From a virus, in the IMG/VR virus record IMGVR_UViG_3300027907_000002, positions 6,752 to 70,751 of that record: a stretch of DNA of 64,000 nucleotides; one strand, 5' to 3'. Made by a program: the position numbers and the translations under genes. Each line of letters starts with the position of its first letter. Within the stretch, counting starts at the first letter, position 1. Below, piece by piece: positions 1 through 9,730 of this stretch. The notes beneath the pieces were generated by a model. That model had not been told where the DNA came from, ran no database searches, and saw only the letters and a program-made list of their open reading frames with translations.

Positions 1-695
1 ACATCAACATCTGTGGTTTTGAATTGGTTGAAGAGTGGTCCCCCTCTGTTTTTGTCCCAAGCAGTTTTCAGTTGGAAGGTGGTTGCAATCAATTGAATCC
101 CTTTTGATCTAGCTAACTGGAAGAGCCCTGAAATCAAGTACTTAACTCCAGGCCAAGCTCCTCCATAGGCTCCGGAGACTGCATTACCTGGGTCAATCCC
201 ATAGCGCGCTGCTAAAGGGGGGTTGTTCTTGATGAGCTGAGCGCATCCTACTTGAAGATACTCCCCGTTGTCTAGAATAAGAGTGGAAAATCTGTTCTCG
301 GGAACCGCTCTTAGGATCTGGACTGTTCGTTCGTAGACTACCTGGGGGTTGAAGTTCTCTCCGTAGACTCCCGCTATCTCGCTCATAATAGGGAAGTATG
401 CCCCTAGTTTCATCTGAGCGGCGAGGGTCTCCCCCTTGCTCTCAAAGTCGAGCATCAGAAGTTTGTCAGGGTGATCCAGTTTCAGGACGAAAGAGGTTTT
501 GCCAGAACCTCTATGGCCTGTTATCAGGACCATATGCCGCATTTCTGGAGGCATGATTGATTTCCCTGGCCAGATTGCGGGGCCTATTACCGGATTAGGC
601 AAGGTACTGATTTGTTTGACTAGAACGGTTTCAGTTGGGGTCCCTTGTTTAGGTTGGGGTCTTTGTGGTGTTGGTCTAGTTGGTACTGTTGGCAT
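1..695 (-). CDS. P-loop ATPase, Sak4/AAA_24-like recombination protein (runs off window edge)
   Basis: Not in ORF track; my translation from ATG 695: MPTVPTRP...MVLITGHRGSGKTSF (Walker A)...LLMLDFE...STLILDNGE (Walker B); near a Cas4-like nuclease. Confidence 0.75.
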   Translation of the reverse strand, partial: MPTVPTRPTPQRPQPKQGTPTETVLVKQISTLPNPVIGPAIWPGKSIMPPEMRHMVLITGHRGSGKTSFVLKLDHPDKLLMLDFESKGETLAAQMKLGAYFPIMSEIAGVYGENFNPQVVYERTVQILRAVPENRFSTLILDNGEYLQVGCAQLIKNNPPLAARYGIDPGNAVSGAYGGAWPGVKYLISGLFQLARSKGIQLIATTFQLKTAWDKNRGGPLFNQFKTTDVD

Positions 696-933
696 CTTTT
701 TCTTTTTCCTTTCTGATTTTTTCTGGGCCGTGAGTTCCACAGTCTGTACAGAAATCTAACTGAGCAGGCTCTCCTCTTATGGGGCGTCTTGGGAAAAGTT
801 GATCCCATCCTCTATCTCTAAGAGCTCTATCTAGATCCAGGGACATCATAGAACCCCATTCAATTGTTATTAGGATGGTTCTTTTGCAACAGGGACAGTC
901 ACAGTGAACTTCTATTATGGGTAGAAGTCTCAT
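676..933 (-). CDS. small Cys-rich hypothetical protein
   Basis: CDCPCC and CTDC motifs; coupled to neighbouring ORFs. Confidence 0.55.
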   Translation of the reverse strand: MRLLPIIEVHCDCPCCKRTILITIEWGSMMSLDLDRALRDRGWDQLFPRRPIRGEPAQLDFCTDCGTHGPEKIRKEKEKDANSTN

Positions 934-1139
934 AATTTTATAGCTCCTACGTGGCAGTCCTTACAAAGCTCTTTTTCTTTCTCTATAGCCCAGCCTTCTT
1001 CTTCTAGTCTGCGTTTGACCCAATCGTCTAGCCCTCCTCGCTGCCAACCACAGTCTATGAGTAGTTGACGCTTGACGGTCTTAGTCCCGAAGCAATTGTT
1101 GCCGTCGCAGATTACTATTACTACGGGGTCGGTTCTCAT
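930..1139 (-). CDS. small Zn-finger-like hypothetical protein
   Basis: CDGNNC...GW...LCKDC; start taken at MRTDP overlapping the upstream stop. Confidence 0.55.
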   Translation of the reverse strand: MRTDPVVIVICDGNNCFGTKTVKRQLLIDCGWQRGGLDDWVKRRLEEEGWAIEKEKELCKDCHVGAIKL

Positions 1140-1387
1140 AGAGCTTCTCCACATTCTGGGCAAGTATCGCCCTTCTGGAGATTTTCTGCCTTGTTAAATA
1201 CCTCGCAGGCAGGACACATACACCATTCCAGAGTGTCTGTGAGATAGTTCTCCAACTCTATTATCGTGTAATCCAAGGCTCGAAGGTTACCTCTTCTAGC
1301 TTGACTAACAACAGCTAAAGCTAAAGATTCTAGTCTAGGAAATTCCGCTACTATTCGCTCCAGTTTATCTTTGTCTATCTCTTCCAT
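1136..1387 (-). CDS. hypothetical protein with C-terminal Zn ribbon
   Basis: CPAC...CPECG; GGAGAGAGG before MEEIDK. Confidence 0.6.
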   Translation of the reverse strand: MEEIDKDKLERIVAEFPRLESLALAVVSQARRGNLRALDYTIIELENYLTDTLEWCMCPACEVFNKAENLQKGDTCPECGEAL

Positions 1388-1474
1388 TCCTCTCTCCTTG
1401 TTACTAAGTAGGTTACTACAACAGACCAGTCCCATCCCCTATGGTCGTAGTAAAGGATGAGAGATCTTATGAAG

Positions 1475-1690
1475 TTACGCTGGTTTGGGGACATCTTTCT
1501 TTTTCTCCATAGGAAGGTATGTTTCTTCGTCGTTCTCATCTATGGTAAGAAGGTTTATTCTTCCCTGGCTATCCGCTCCCCATCTTTTCTTGACATACTC
1601 TAGGGCTTTCTTTTTTGCGTCGGGTCCCTTGAATATCTTTACACTCTGAAAGTAGGGTCCCAGAGTAGGGATGTCTACGAAGACTCGCAT
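1475..1690 (-). CDS. hypothetical protein
   Basis: ORF with GGAGG RBS in a tightly packed run. Confidence 0.55.
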   Translation of the reverse strand: MRVFVDIPTLGPYFQSVKIFKGPDAKKKALEYVKKRWGADSQGRINLLTIDENDEETYLPMEKKKDVPKPA

Positions 1691-1914
1691 TCGTCCTCCT
1701 CTCCAAGTAACTCTTTGTTACTAAACCGTCCTATTACTGGAGCTTCTTCTGGATGTTCGTCATCCCATTCTACATAGAATAGAAGAACATTTTTGCTCCA
1801 ACGATCTTTTATTCCTCGAACGTCTCTAACTAGATCTCTTTTAGAGTGGTGAGGTCTAGCTATTACCTCTATCCAGTTACCATTCCATACTATAAGAGGT
1901 TGATAGCGAGTCAT
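1675..1914 (-). CDS. hypothetical protein
   Basis: ATGA overlap with upstream ORF, GGAGG RBS. Confidence 0.55.
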   Translation of the reverse strand: MTRYQPLIVWNGNWIEVIARPHHSKRDLVRDVRGIKDRWSKNVLLFYVEWDDEHPEEAPVIGRFSNKELLGEEDECESS

Positions 1915-2180
1915 TCCTCCTCCTCACAAGGACAGGGATCATTAGCCCATCTCTTGCTTATACATCCACAGTGAGAACAGAAGTTGTAACCTCGACGTTC
2001 TAGAAATTCTTCTAGATGACCTAGAACTTCACCAAGATCTGTTTTGAAAGGTGCATAGTGAATTAGGTTTTCCGCTTTGGCTATCTCTATCAAGCGAACA
2101 ACCCAGGCTTCCAGAGTGGCGTACATTTTAGCTCTTGATGCTATTTCTTCTACTGCTTTTTGTACATCTATGTCGGTCAT
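1911..2180 (-). CDS. hypothetical protein with C-terminal Cys cluster
   Basis: ATGA overlap with the nuclease stop; CSHC...CPC. Confidence 0.55.
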   Translation of the reverse strand: MTDIDVQKAVEEIASRAKMYATLEAWVVRLIEIAKAENLIHYAPFKTDLGEVLGHLEEFLERRGYNFCSHCGCISKRWANDPCPCEEEE

Positions 2181-3466
2181 TCCCCCTCCTGTGGATGATT
2201 CGGAACTCTCTCAACGAATCTTCCTTCCTCGATGCGTCTTTCTATGGGAATGTTATAGAAACAAACATCCAGGAACTGACACTTCAGATTGTTACTACCA
2301 CTCGCATACTGGTAGCACTTACGGTCGTTGAGAGGGAACTCTCTATCTAGAATGTGCCCGTCGTAGGGAGGACCCTGGAGATACTCAATGGAAAGCCTCC
2401 AGTCTATCTCCTGACGAAGCGCCCCCGTGAGCCATCTCTCGGCTTCTCCTTCTACCCAAGGCTCAGGGACTATCGCGGCCACTGACTCCGCGAGCCAATC
2501 CCTACCCATAAGTTTCTCTTGAGAGGGGTCCCACTCCATCGGCCCAACAAGACGTTCATCGAGCCAAGTTAAGTAAGTGTCGTGGTCCATCAACTCATAT
2601 ATACTGGCGCGCTTCCAATGCTTGGGAACTTGGCGAGTTTTCTTAGTATAGGTCTCTGGATCTAGCTCTTCCCAATCGTAGGTGAAAGAGATGTCCTCGG
2701 GCGAGAGATCCCCGGTAATGCGAGTGTTGATATAAGGACGCACGAGGCCAGAACAATCTCTTGTCACTTTGAGGTCGCGGTCCTCTCGCTTCTCGCCCTT
2801 TATAAAATAATTATAAAGGGTTCCTGCCGGTTGTTTCCCATAGCGAGCCTGCAGAGATAACCCCTCGCGCCATCTTTGGTTGTCGACCTTGAGCTTCTCT
2901 CTCATTAACTTGTCGAATACCTTAGAGGTTTTATGAGAGATGTGCCAAATTGACCCATCTTCGATCTTCTCTAATGCCGCGTCACAACGACTCATCATTA
3001 CCAAATAGCGCCCATCCTCGAACCGTCCCATTAGCCAATTGACTTCTTCCTCGACCGAGATGACTTTGTATTGGGACATTAGAAGATCAATGTAACGGGC
3101 TCCGTAGGCATAAACTAAAGAGCGGACTATGTGGAGACCATCCTTGGTTAGAGTCTCCGCGATCTCTGGGATCATAGACTCAGGCCAGGGATTCCCTGCT
3201 AAGTAGGTTTCAGAAGCAGCTTCCATCGCGCTCCAGGTTTCCATTCCCTGGAGCAACATATCCATTCCTTCGTGGACTGCTGAACCTCGCAGAAGGTCCT
3301 CTCCTCGGCCTGTGGTAACTACTCCCTTTCCTAAGAACTCGTACTCGTAGAATCTTTTTCGTTTGCAGTCTCCCACACCCATTCGAGTACCATCTGTAAA
3401 GACGCATTGGGAGCGCTCTAACTCAAGAGGGTCACCGTTGATTTGGTGGACTAGGATTTTGCTCAC
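2177..3466 (-). CDS. Cas4/RecB-like PD-(D/E)xK exonuclease
   Basis: CKRK...GSAVHEG...VEEE...SRCD...ISHKTS plus C-terminal CYQY...CQFLDVC (Fe-S Cys pattern). Confidence 0.8.
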   Translation of the reverse strand: MSKILVHQINGDPLELERSQCVFTDGTRMGVGDCKRKRFYEYEFLGKGVVTTGRGEDLLRGSAVHEGMDMLLQGMETWSAMEAASETYLAGNPWPESMIPEIAETLTKDGLHIVRSLVYAYGARYIDLLMSQYKVISVEEEVNWLMGRFEDGRYLVMMSRCDAALEKIEDGSIWHISHKTSKVFDKLMREKLKVDNQRWREGLSLQARYGKQPAGTLYNYFIKGEKREDRDLKVTRDCSGLVRPYINTRITGDLSPEDISFTYDWEELDPETYTKKTRQVPKHWKRASIYELMDHDTYLTWLDERLVGPMEWDPSQEKLMGRDWLAESVAAIVPEPWVEGEAERWLTGALRQEIDWRLSIEYLQGPPYDGHILDREFPLNDRKCYQYASGSNNLKCQFLDVCFYNIPIERRIEEGRFVERVPNHPQEGE

Positions 3467-3840
3467 CTTAGGGCTCCTTTCATATTTGGAGGTTTGTAAT
3501 TGGGACCTTTGAGAACCTTTCCATCCTCTCTTAGTATGGGTTTCCCGTTGCCTCCAAGCTTAGTCATGTTGGATTTGTGGACTTCTTCGAGAGCTCGATC
3601 GAGGTCTATATCGTAGACCAATGCGGTTCCGTAGCAGACATAGACGAGATCAGAAAGCTCTTTTGCTATAGCTTCTCGATCTCCTGATTCTAGTGCTTCT
3701 TGAACCTCGTCATGTTCTTCTCGTATCAACTTAGCGCGAACGGATCGAACGCCAAGGCCGGGGGTAACAAAGGCGGTATGGAATTCGTCGAGCATCCTTG
3801 CGACTTGTGAGAGATACTTGTGAGCGAAGATCATCACCAA
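3463..3840 (-). CDS. MazG-like NTP pyrophosphohydrolase (DR2231/PRA-PH type)
   Basis: LIREEHDE...KELSDLVYV...EVHKSNMTKL...REDGKVLKGPNY. Confidence 0.9.
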   Translation of the reverse strand: MVMIFAHKYLSQVARMLDEFHTAFVTPGLGVRSVRAKLIREEHDEVQEALESGDREAIAKELSDLVYVCYGTALVYDIDLDRALEEVHKSNMTKLGGNGKPILREDGKVLKGPNYKPPNMKGALR

Positions 3841-4121
3841 CTCACCTCCACGAGATATTCGCCGGGTTCTATCAGTCCCAAGTTACAAGCTTGGTTGAGA
3901 AACAAGGCAGTGCTGTATTTGGGTATAATACCTGCCGCAAGCTGTTGCGAGAGATACTCATCAACTATCTCTCTTTCTACCGTAAACGAGTGACTCTGGT
4001 AGTTCCCCCACTCTTCGTAAGCTACGCACTCGTATTTGATTCCGAAGGCCTCGCTTATAAAAGCATCGAGGTCGTGGTAGTTGATCTCTCGAATAACTTT
4101 CTCTTCGTATTTTAGTTTCAT
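3834..4121 (-). CDS. conserved-looking phage hypothetical protein
   Basis: ORF with RBS ending GLIEPGEYLVEVSW. Confidence 0.6.
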   Translation of the reverse strand: MKLKYEEKVIREINYHDLDAFISEAFGIKYECVAYEEWGNYQSHSFTVEREIVDEYLSQQLAAGIIPKYSTALFLNQACNLGLIEPGEYLVEVSW

Positions 4122-4123
4122 TG

Positions 4124-4447
4124 TTACTCCAATCTCGAAGGATCATAGGGCTCTATAAAAATCTGCGCACTCCTATGATGGCACAGACCGTTCTTGTAAG
4201 TGGCTGTCCAGATGTCGTTGTTCTCTTCTCCCTCGCCGTGGAGATGGAAGGTTACATCGGGCCATTTTTTGGAGAGTTCTCGCATATCGGAGTCATGGTC
4301 ATACCACTTACTGGAATCATAGCAACTCCCATCCTCGTCTACGGCGAATCGAATATCAGCATCTGAGGACTCAGATGTTATTATTCTCCGTAACAGGTCG
4401 AAGTCTTCTGGTTCTATTTCTAGTTTATGGTCAGTGTAATATCCCAT
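4124..4447 (-). CDS. phage hypothetical protein
   Basis: MGYYT...KWYDH...LSKKWPDVTFHLHGEGEE motif set. Confidence 0.65.
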   Translation of the reverse strand: MGYYTDHKLEIEPEDFDLLRRIITSESSDADIRFAVDEDGSCYDSSKWYDHDSDMRELSKKWPDVTFHLHGEGEENNDIWTATYKNGLCHHRSAQIFIEPYDPSRLE

Positions 4448-4448
4448 C

Positions 4449-4736
4449 TTAATACTCCTCTGGAAGTAACAAAGTAGTTACTGATCGGTCGGCTTCTGTT
4501 ATTACGTGTAATCTTTCTACGCCGACCCAGTACTGGGATACTAGTCTACCTCCTTCAATAACAGCTCTCTCGTTAATAGCTTTGTCTTCGTCTGACATAT
4601 CTCCCCAGTCTCCTTGGGCGTGTTTGAGAAGATACTCTCGTGCGGACTGGCAGTTCTCGTCTAGAAGATCTTGAGCTCCTGGAGTCAAGACAGTCTCACC
4701 TAGTTTGAATAGTATTGCGCTCATTTTATGCATCAC
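4449..4736 (-). CDS. small plasmid/phage-associated protein
   Basis: LGETVLTPGA...HAQGDWGD...ITEADRSVTTLLLPEEY signature. Confidence 0.75.
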   Translation of the reverse strand: MMHKMSAILFKLGETVLTPGAQDLLDENCQSAREYLLKHAQGDWGDMSDEDKAINERAVIEGGRLVSQYWVGVERLHVITEADRSVTTLLLPEEY

Positions 4737-4944
4737 GCTCCTTTCTTATCTCTTCAGCTAGAAACTCTATAAGCTTGTCCAGGAATTCCGATCTAGCTCC
4801 TTGATACATCTGGCTTTCTATATCTTCCTTTTTGACCGCAATCTCATGTCTGTTGTTACTCTCGTTACTAAGAGAGATTAGCTCGTCATATAAAATTCTA
4901 GCTGCGAATACTCGCGCCGACTTTTTCCAATCGTGCCAAGTCAT
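4726..4944 (-). CDS. hypothetical protein
   Basis: Coupled ORF with RBS. Confidence 0.5.
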   Translation of the reverse strand: MTWHDWKKSARVFAARILYDELISLSNESNNRHEIAVKKEDIESQMYQGARSEFLDKLIEFLAEEIRKERDA

Positions 4945-6005
4945 TCACTCTCCCCCATTACTAGGATAGGTTCTATCCAAATAATCTTGGTTTGGCTTCT
5001 TTGTTCTCCGTGTCTCTGGTTGCGGTAGTGACCCCTTCTCCAGTGTGCTCTGGGGGACTGGTGAGATCCTCCCTTTGACTCTTGGGTCTTCTCATATAAG
5101 TACTTTCTACCAATATGATTAGGTGTCCAGAACTCTCTTATGTAGTTTTTCTTTGTAACTACTTTGTCTCTGCGCTCCTTTTCGAAGAGTTCTTCTCTCG
5201 CAGAAGGAACCATTAGAATAGAGACAGTAAGTCGGGTCATCCACGCTATGAACTGGTCTTCGGTTTCGTTCATAGGCAACGCATAGGGATCTTCATCGGG
5301 TGGCATGGATTCCATTCTTAGATCGAAAAGATCCGGATCTCTATCGTTGTCTATTACTTTGGTGTAGGTGGTGCCTATTTGGTCTTGAACCTTTACTGCG
5401 ATTTGTAAGGCGTGGGTGGCTTTATCCGTGGCAGTAGAAGCGAACTCATTAGGCCCCAAGAAAGCCCATCCAATATAACCTACGTCATCTCCCTCGGGAG
5501 ACTTGATAGCGCCTTTTGGGATATATAGAAACCCTGCTGGAAAGGGGAACTTAATCTCCCACCACTTGAGATCCCTAGGTACGTCGGTTCTTCGAATAGC
5601 TTCTAGAAGTTCTCTACCTACAAAAAGCTGGGGGATTCTGTAGCGTTGCGCTAGAGAAAATATAGTTACTATTCCTTCTTGAACAGACGCCGCATTGGAT
5701 TTTTTAGAGTGGCGCATCTGTCCTAGCGCAGACAAAACCGCAGAGCTCATTAGCCAGGAAGCTAAACGTTTAGGAGAATGATAGTCTTTTATCTCCGAAT
5801 ATATTCGGGGATAAGCTACTCTCCAGTTAGTTGGGAGGTACTTCTCGTAGAAATCAATAGCTGATCTCTCGTCTAGTTCTATTACTTCTGGAAGCTTGTC
5901 TAGTAGAACCTCCCACTCTCGTATTTTCGCTCTGCCTTCTGGGGTCGATCGAGCTGCACTTACAATGTTATCTAAGTGCTCTCGGGAAAGAGATCTCTTC
6001 AGCAT
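4941..6005 (-). CDS. phage hypothetical protein
   Basis: 354 aa, AGGAGG RBS, C-terminal SPRAHWRRGHYR...IWIEP motif. Confidence 0.7.
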   Translation of the reverse strand: MLKRSLSREHLDNIVSAARSTPEGRAKIREWEVLLDKLPEVIELDERSAIDFYEKYLPTNWRVAYPRIYSEIKDYHSPKRLASWLMSSAVLSALGQMRHSKKSNAASVQEGIVTIFSLAQRYRIPQLFVGRELLEAIRRTDVPRDLKWWEIKFPFPAGFLYIPKGAIKSPEGDDVGYIGWAFLGPNEFASTATDKATHALQIAVKVQDQIGTTYTKVIDNDRDPDLFDLRMESMPPDEDPYALPMNETEDQFIAWMTRLTVSILMVPSAREELFEKERRDKVVTKKNYIREFWTPNHIGRKYLYEKTQESKGGSHQSPRAHWRRGHYRNQRHGEQRSQTKIIWIEPILVMGESE

Positions 6006-6020
6006 AAGGCCTCCTTTTGG

Positions 6021-6311
6021 TTAGACTCCCGCCATCCAGTCTGCTAAAGCTTTACGAACTACTTCTAGCGCTTCATCTACTTCTTGAATTGACGACGCCA
6101 GGAATTCTATCTTCTTCCCTGGGAGTTTCTCCTCCCTCTGTAAGGCCGGGACGTAGACTGAGATCTGGATCTTCAGATCCGCTAGGCCGGGATGTTTCCC
6201 CCAGGTCTCCCCCGCCAGAGCCTTCAGAAAGATCCCCTCCGATCTCAGTTGATCCGCTCTCGTCTTGGAGATTGACTGGGAAGGCTTTTTCTTGAGAGTC
6301 TTTTTCTGCAC
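6021..6311 (-). CDS. hypothetical protein
   Basis: GGAGG RBS before GTG start. Confidence 0.5.
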   Translation of the reverse strand: MQKKTLKKKPSQSISKTRADQLRSEGIFLKALAGETWGKHPGLADLKIQISVYVPALQREEKLPGKKIEFLASSIQEVDEALEVVRKALADWMAGV

Positions 6312-6902
6312 TTCGTATCCTCCGGAGAAGTTTGCTCTCGATCTTGTTTAGGGATTCATATCTTTCGTACCTTAAAGAGCTGCCGCTGTCTCGGGCTTCT
6401 CGAAAAGCCCTCAGAATAAGGCGGCATTCTTCTGCGTCAAACCTCGCTGTTGATGGGCGAGGCTTCTCGGTTGTTCGGTTGCGTTTGGTTGTTTGAGTTG
6501 TCATAGTTTTTTGAAGGTTGTCTAACCCATAGCAGCGCTGCGATCCAAGCGCTGTACTTGTCGAAGCTGTCCCAGTCATGCTCTTTCTGGGCTTGTCGGA
6601 TCTTGGCTCGGGCTCGAAGGATCTCCTGCTCGATCACCTCTTTGGTTTTCATTGCCTCGCTCCTCGATCACTCTCTGACGAGAGCAATCTGACTTGTGGC
6701 CGAATCTCTCAGGTATATGGCACCACGCGCATTCTCCACTCCCTTTACCAGGGCGAGCGTCGTAGACATACTCTACCTGCCTTATTACCTGTATTAGCTC
6801 TGCTACTCTGGTTTGGAGTTTGTCGATCTGAAGATAAAGTTCTTCGTCATGCTCGGCTCTCGATTCTGCTTCTTCTGCGTGGCGTTGCATCCATCCACTC
6901 AT

Positions 6903-7112
6903 TCAAGGGATCTCCTTTTCTAGGGGAAGTTCGTCTTTCTCATCAGTCATCATCTCCACTACCAGTCTGGTTGACTGGCGTTCAGGTACCCAGAGCTGAA
7001 GGAATTGTTCGATGGTCTCCCTCTCGAATTCTTTAGAGAGCTCCTTTAGTTGTCTAGTCGGTACCTCCAGCTCGACTTCAACTCTTACCTTGGATATTTT
7101 TTCTTTTTTCAT
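6903..7112 (-). CDS. hypothetical protein
   Basis: Coupled ORF. Confidence 0.45.
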   Translation of the reverse strand: MKKEKISKVRVEVELEVPTRQLKELSKEFERETIEQFLQLWVPERQSTRLVVEMMTDEKDELPLEKEIP

Positions 7113-7444
7113 AGATAGTTCTCTTGGAGTTTCTTCCTCATCCAGTTGTCCTTGTTTAACTCGGCAGCTTTAAGGCCACACTGAAGGCACATCTGGCGAT
7201 CAGGAACATGGGATTTAATCCCGCATCTAATGCAGAGACCCTCGGTCAAGCGTCGTTCTCTGAGATTTTTCTTTCTTCTTCTGGCGCTCTCTCGATCTTC
7301 AGCTTGCTTTTGCTTCTTAGCTTTGGCTGACAATAAAAGACGCTTCTTAGGTTTGATTCCCTGGCGTCTGACCAGAATATCTATGATGTCTCCAGGGGAG
7401 GCCTTCACGCGAACGACTTCTTGTTTAGGGTCAGTCTTGAACAT
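7109..7444 (-). CDS. basic protein with CxxC..CxxC
   Basis: GLCIRCG...CLQC, K/R-rich. Confidence 0.55.
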   Translation of the reverse strand: MFKTDPKQEVVRVKASPGDIIDILVRRQGIKPKKRLLLSAKAKKQKQAEDRESARRRKKNLRERRLTEGLCIRCGIKSHVPDRQMCLQCGLKAAELNKDNWMRKKLQENYL

Positions 7445-7793
7445 GCTTCCTGCTTTTTTGTTGTAGTTTGTATTGGATCTGAGCCATATTTAGCCCAGGC
7501 CCAGGGTCCCAGTCATTATATGAAAGGGTATCCCTTCTGAGAAGTTCTTTCTCAATCATTTTGTAAAGAGGGTGACCTTGGACTCTTCCCATATAGTAGG
7601 AGGGAGAGTGGTTGGGGTCACTGTTCGTTTTGACTTGGGCTCTTACGAAGAGGGAGACCTCAAAGTTCTGGGCAAGGAGTTCTCCGATGGACATATCTTG
7701 GAGTTTCTTTTCTATGTGAGCTCGAAGGAGGAGCGTGAGTTTTCCCATTAACCATCGAGCTGTAACGACCGCTAGGGGACCTTGCGTTGTCAT
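7431..7793 (-). CDS. hypothetical protein
   Basis: ORF in packed run. Confidence 0.5.
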   Translation of the reverse strand: MTTQGPLAVVTARWLMGKLTLLLRAHIEKKLQDMSIGELLAQNFEVSLFVRAQVKTNSDPNHSPSYYMGRVQGHPLYKMIEKELLRRDTLSYNDWDPGPGLNMAQIQYKLQQKSRKHVQD

Positions 7794-8061
7794 TTTTAGT
7801 TATGGAGTTGTTCGCTTGCACACCACACTAGAACTGCTAGAGTGATGATAAGGAATCCAATAGCGACTAAGGCTACAGGTTTCCAGTCTCTACCGTTGTT
7901 ACGATGCATTTTGATCTGGTTGTTCGTCCTCGACTTTCTCGACGCTGATTTGAACACTGTGGATAGACAGGTCTGGGTGTCTGTCATAGAAATCCATCAG
8001 TGCAAAGTGCTCAGCGTCGTATTCGTGTTCGACATCATTTACTAACGTGCCGTAATCAAAG

Positions 8062-8586
8062 CTACCTGTTATTCGTACTTTGCAATTCATTTCGCAGGGC
8101 CTCCAATTCTCGTTTAGCTTGGTCTCTTTCTTCAAGAAGCTTATCTAGAAACGATTGAGCTTCATAGCCTGAGTTCCACACTGCGCAGAGTATCTCATAA
8201 CTTTTATACGGGTTGAGATTCTTGGAGTCATTGTCTAGACAAGCTGCAATACCCTCCAAGTAGGCCTCGTCTACCGCATTGGCGTGGGCAAGTTTACCTT
8301 GGAGGTCTTGGATCTTTTTGTCCTTTACTGTTAGGAGTTCTCTGAATGAGTCCGGTTTGTTGGATAGCCTTTCTATTTGCAGGGTAAGCTGGGAGTTTCG
8401 CTTAGACATTCGATCTAACTCTTCGAAGAGCTCCTCAGCAATGGATTCGGCTACGTTGGCGAAGTAGTCTATAGCCTGATGGGATACTCCACCCTCGCAT
8501 AGTTCGTCATCACACGGTAACAGTTCCTCATCGTCGTCCACCACTGCTTGGTAGAAGGCAGCTCGGAATTCTTTTGGTGAAGTCAT
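8062..8586 (-). CDS. coiled-coil hypothetical protein
   Basis: AYLEG...NPY...WNSGY motif between coiled coils. Confidence 0.55.
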   Translation of the reverse strand: MTSPKEFRAAFYQAVVDDDEELLPCDDELCEGGVSHQAIDYFANVAESIAEELFEELDRMSKRNSQLTLQIERLSNKPDSFRELLTVKDKKIQDLQGKLAHANAVDEAYLEGIAACLDNDSKNLNPYKSYEILCAVWNSGYEAQSFLDKLLEERDQAKRELEALRNELQSTNNR

Positions 8587-8933
8587 TTCTTTTTCCTTTT
8601 TCGCTTAGCCTTTAACTGCGCTTGATAGGCCCAGAGTGGCTTATCGGCAGTAGGTATAGGCCTGTCGTCTTGAACCCATTCTTCTGAGATGTAGCCTATC
8701 TGAGTAGTTGAATTCATCCTTCTGACTTTGCGAGCCTCTACTACAAGGTTCCATATCTGGACATCTTTCCAGTAGGTGGACTCTGCATATAGTCCCGCTT
8801 CTTTCATTTTGTCAACGATGCCCTGCCATCGAGAGTCGTTGATTGCGAAACCCTCCCATAGATCCTGGTGCTTGAGCATCCATTCAATCTTTTGAGCGAG
8901 GGTCGATTTACGGAACCACACTTTTTCTCCCAT
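8583..8933 (-). CDS. hypothetical protein
   Basis: GAGGAG RBS, coupled. Confidence 0.55.
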   Translation of the reverse strand: MGEKVWFRKSTLAQKIEWMLKHQDLWEGFAINDSRWQGIVDKMKEAGLYAESTYWKDVQIWNLVVEARKVRRMNSTTQIGYISEEWVQDDRPIPTADKPLWAYQAQLKAKRKRKKK

Positions 8934-9144
8934 TGGGTTGCTCCTCTAGAACGGGGCAGAAGTACTCGATCAAGAACACGTTGCAGTCATCGCAACGTAA
9001 CCAGATCTTGCAGTCTTCTCCGTACATATCCAGATCTAAGTGGTGAAAGGAATGCTTAGTGAGAGCGGTAAATTCCCAAAGTTCTGTGTCAATAGCTCCT
9101 ATTTCAAGGTCTTTCTTCTTGGGCATCTTCAATCTCCTCAACAC
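8908..9144 (-). CDS. HxxH-CxxC small protein (paralog of 9104..9319)
   Basis: LTKHSFH...KIWLRCDDC. Confidence 0.6.
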   Translation of the reverse strand: MLRRLKMPKKKDLEIGAIDTELWEFTALTKHSFHHLDLDMYGEDCKIWLRCDDCNVFLIEYFCPVLEEQPNGRKSVVP

Positions 9145-9319
9145 CGTTTACAAACTCGGCCAGAACCTCATAACAGTCTAGACATTCCAGCCAGATCTTG
9201 TTCTTTTCTTGGTAGGGTTCTAGAACTACCTTATGATTCTTGTGGTCGGTCAACTCTCTAAAGAGATGTTGGTCCGTCACTTGGGTTGTTATCGCCATAG
9301 TCCAGCTCCTCCAATTCAA
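9104..9319 (-). CDS. HxxH-CxxC small protein (paralog of 8908..9144)
   Basis: LTDHKNH...KIWLECLDC. Confidence 0.6.
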   Translation of the reverse strand: MNWRSWTMAITTQVTDQHLFRELTDHKNHKVVLEPYQEKNKIWLECLDCYEVLAEFVNGVEEIEDAQEERP

Positions 9320-9479
9320 GCTCTCGTACTGAGAACCATCTTTTTACTCCGTCTCCTAGCTCGACCGCCTTCCGAGCCAATCTTGTCATTCCTTCCAAGG
9401 CCTCATCGAGAGACTCGTATTTGAACTTCTCGGTTCCGAAAAGTTTAGAGGTCATCCGAACTTCATATCTATAGAACAT
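9258..9479 (-). CDS. hypothetical protein
   Basis: GGAG RBS, coupled. Confidence 0.5.
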   Translation of the reverse strand: MFYRYEVRMTSKLFGTEKFKYESLDEALEGMTRLARKAVELGDGVKRWFSVRELELEELDYGDNNPSDGPTSL

Positions 9480-9712
9480 TATTTCTCCCCATTCGCCATC
9501 GTTGCTGGAGTCGGAGTCTCTTTAGGAGCAGGCCCCAATTGCCTCCAGCCGCTGTTAAACGCGTTATATTCGATCTGCCCTGTCCATCTATCCATTCGAC
9601 AAGCAGCGCCTATCTCAGGGCAATTTATGGGCTCGTAGCGGAAGTACCAGATGATGCAGATCGCCAAAATGACTCCGATAATCGCTGCTTCTAAACCGTT
9701 TCTTTTCTCCAT
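9479..9712 (-). CDS. small membrane-anchored protein
   Basis: N-terminal TM; RYE...DRWTG motif; AAGGAG RBS. Confidence 0.6.
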   Translation of the reverse strand: MEKRNGLEAAIIGVILAICIIWYFRYEPINCPEIGAACRMDRWTGQIEYNAFNSGWRQLGPAPKETPTPATMANGEK

Positions 9713-9730
9713 CGCTTCTCCTTGGGGCTG

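Noticed and set aside
2177-3466. Cas4 as evidence of a CRISPR-Cas system
   Set aside because: Solo Cas4-like nuclease next to a Sak4-like ATPase fits a phage recombination module
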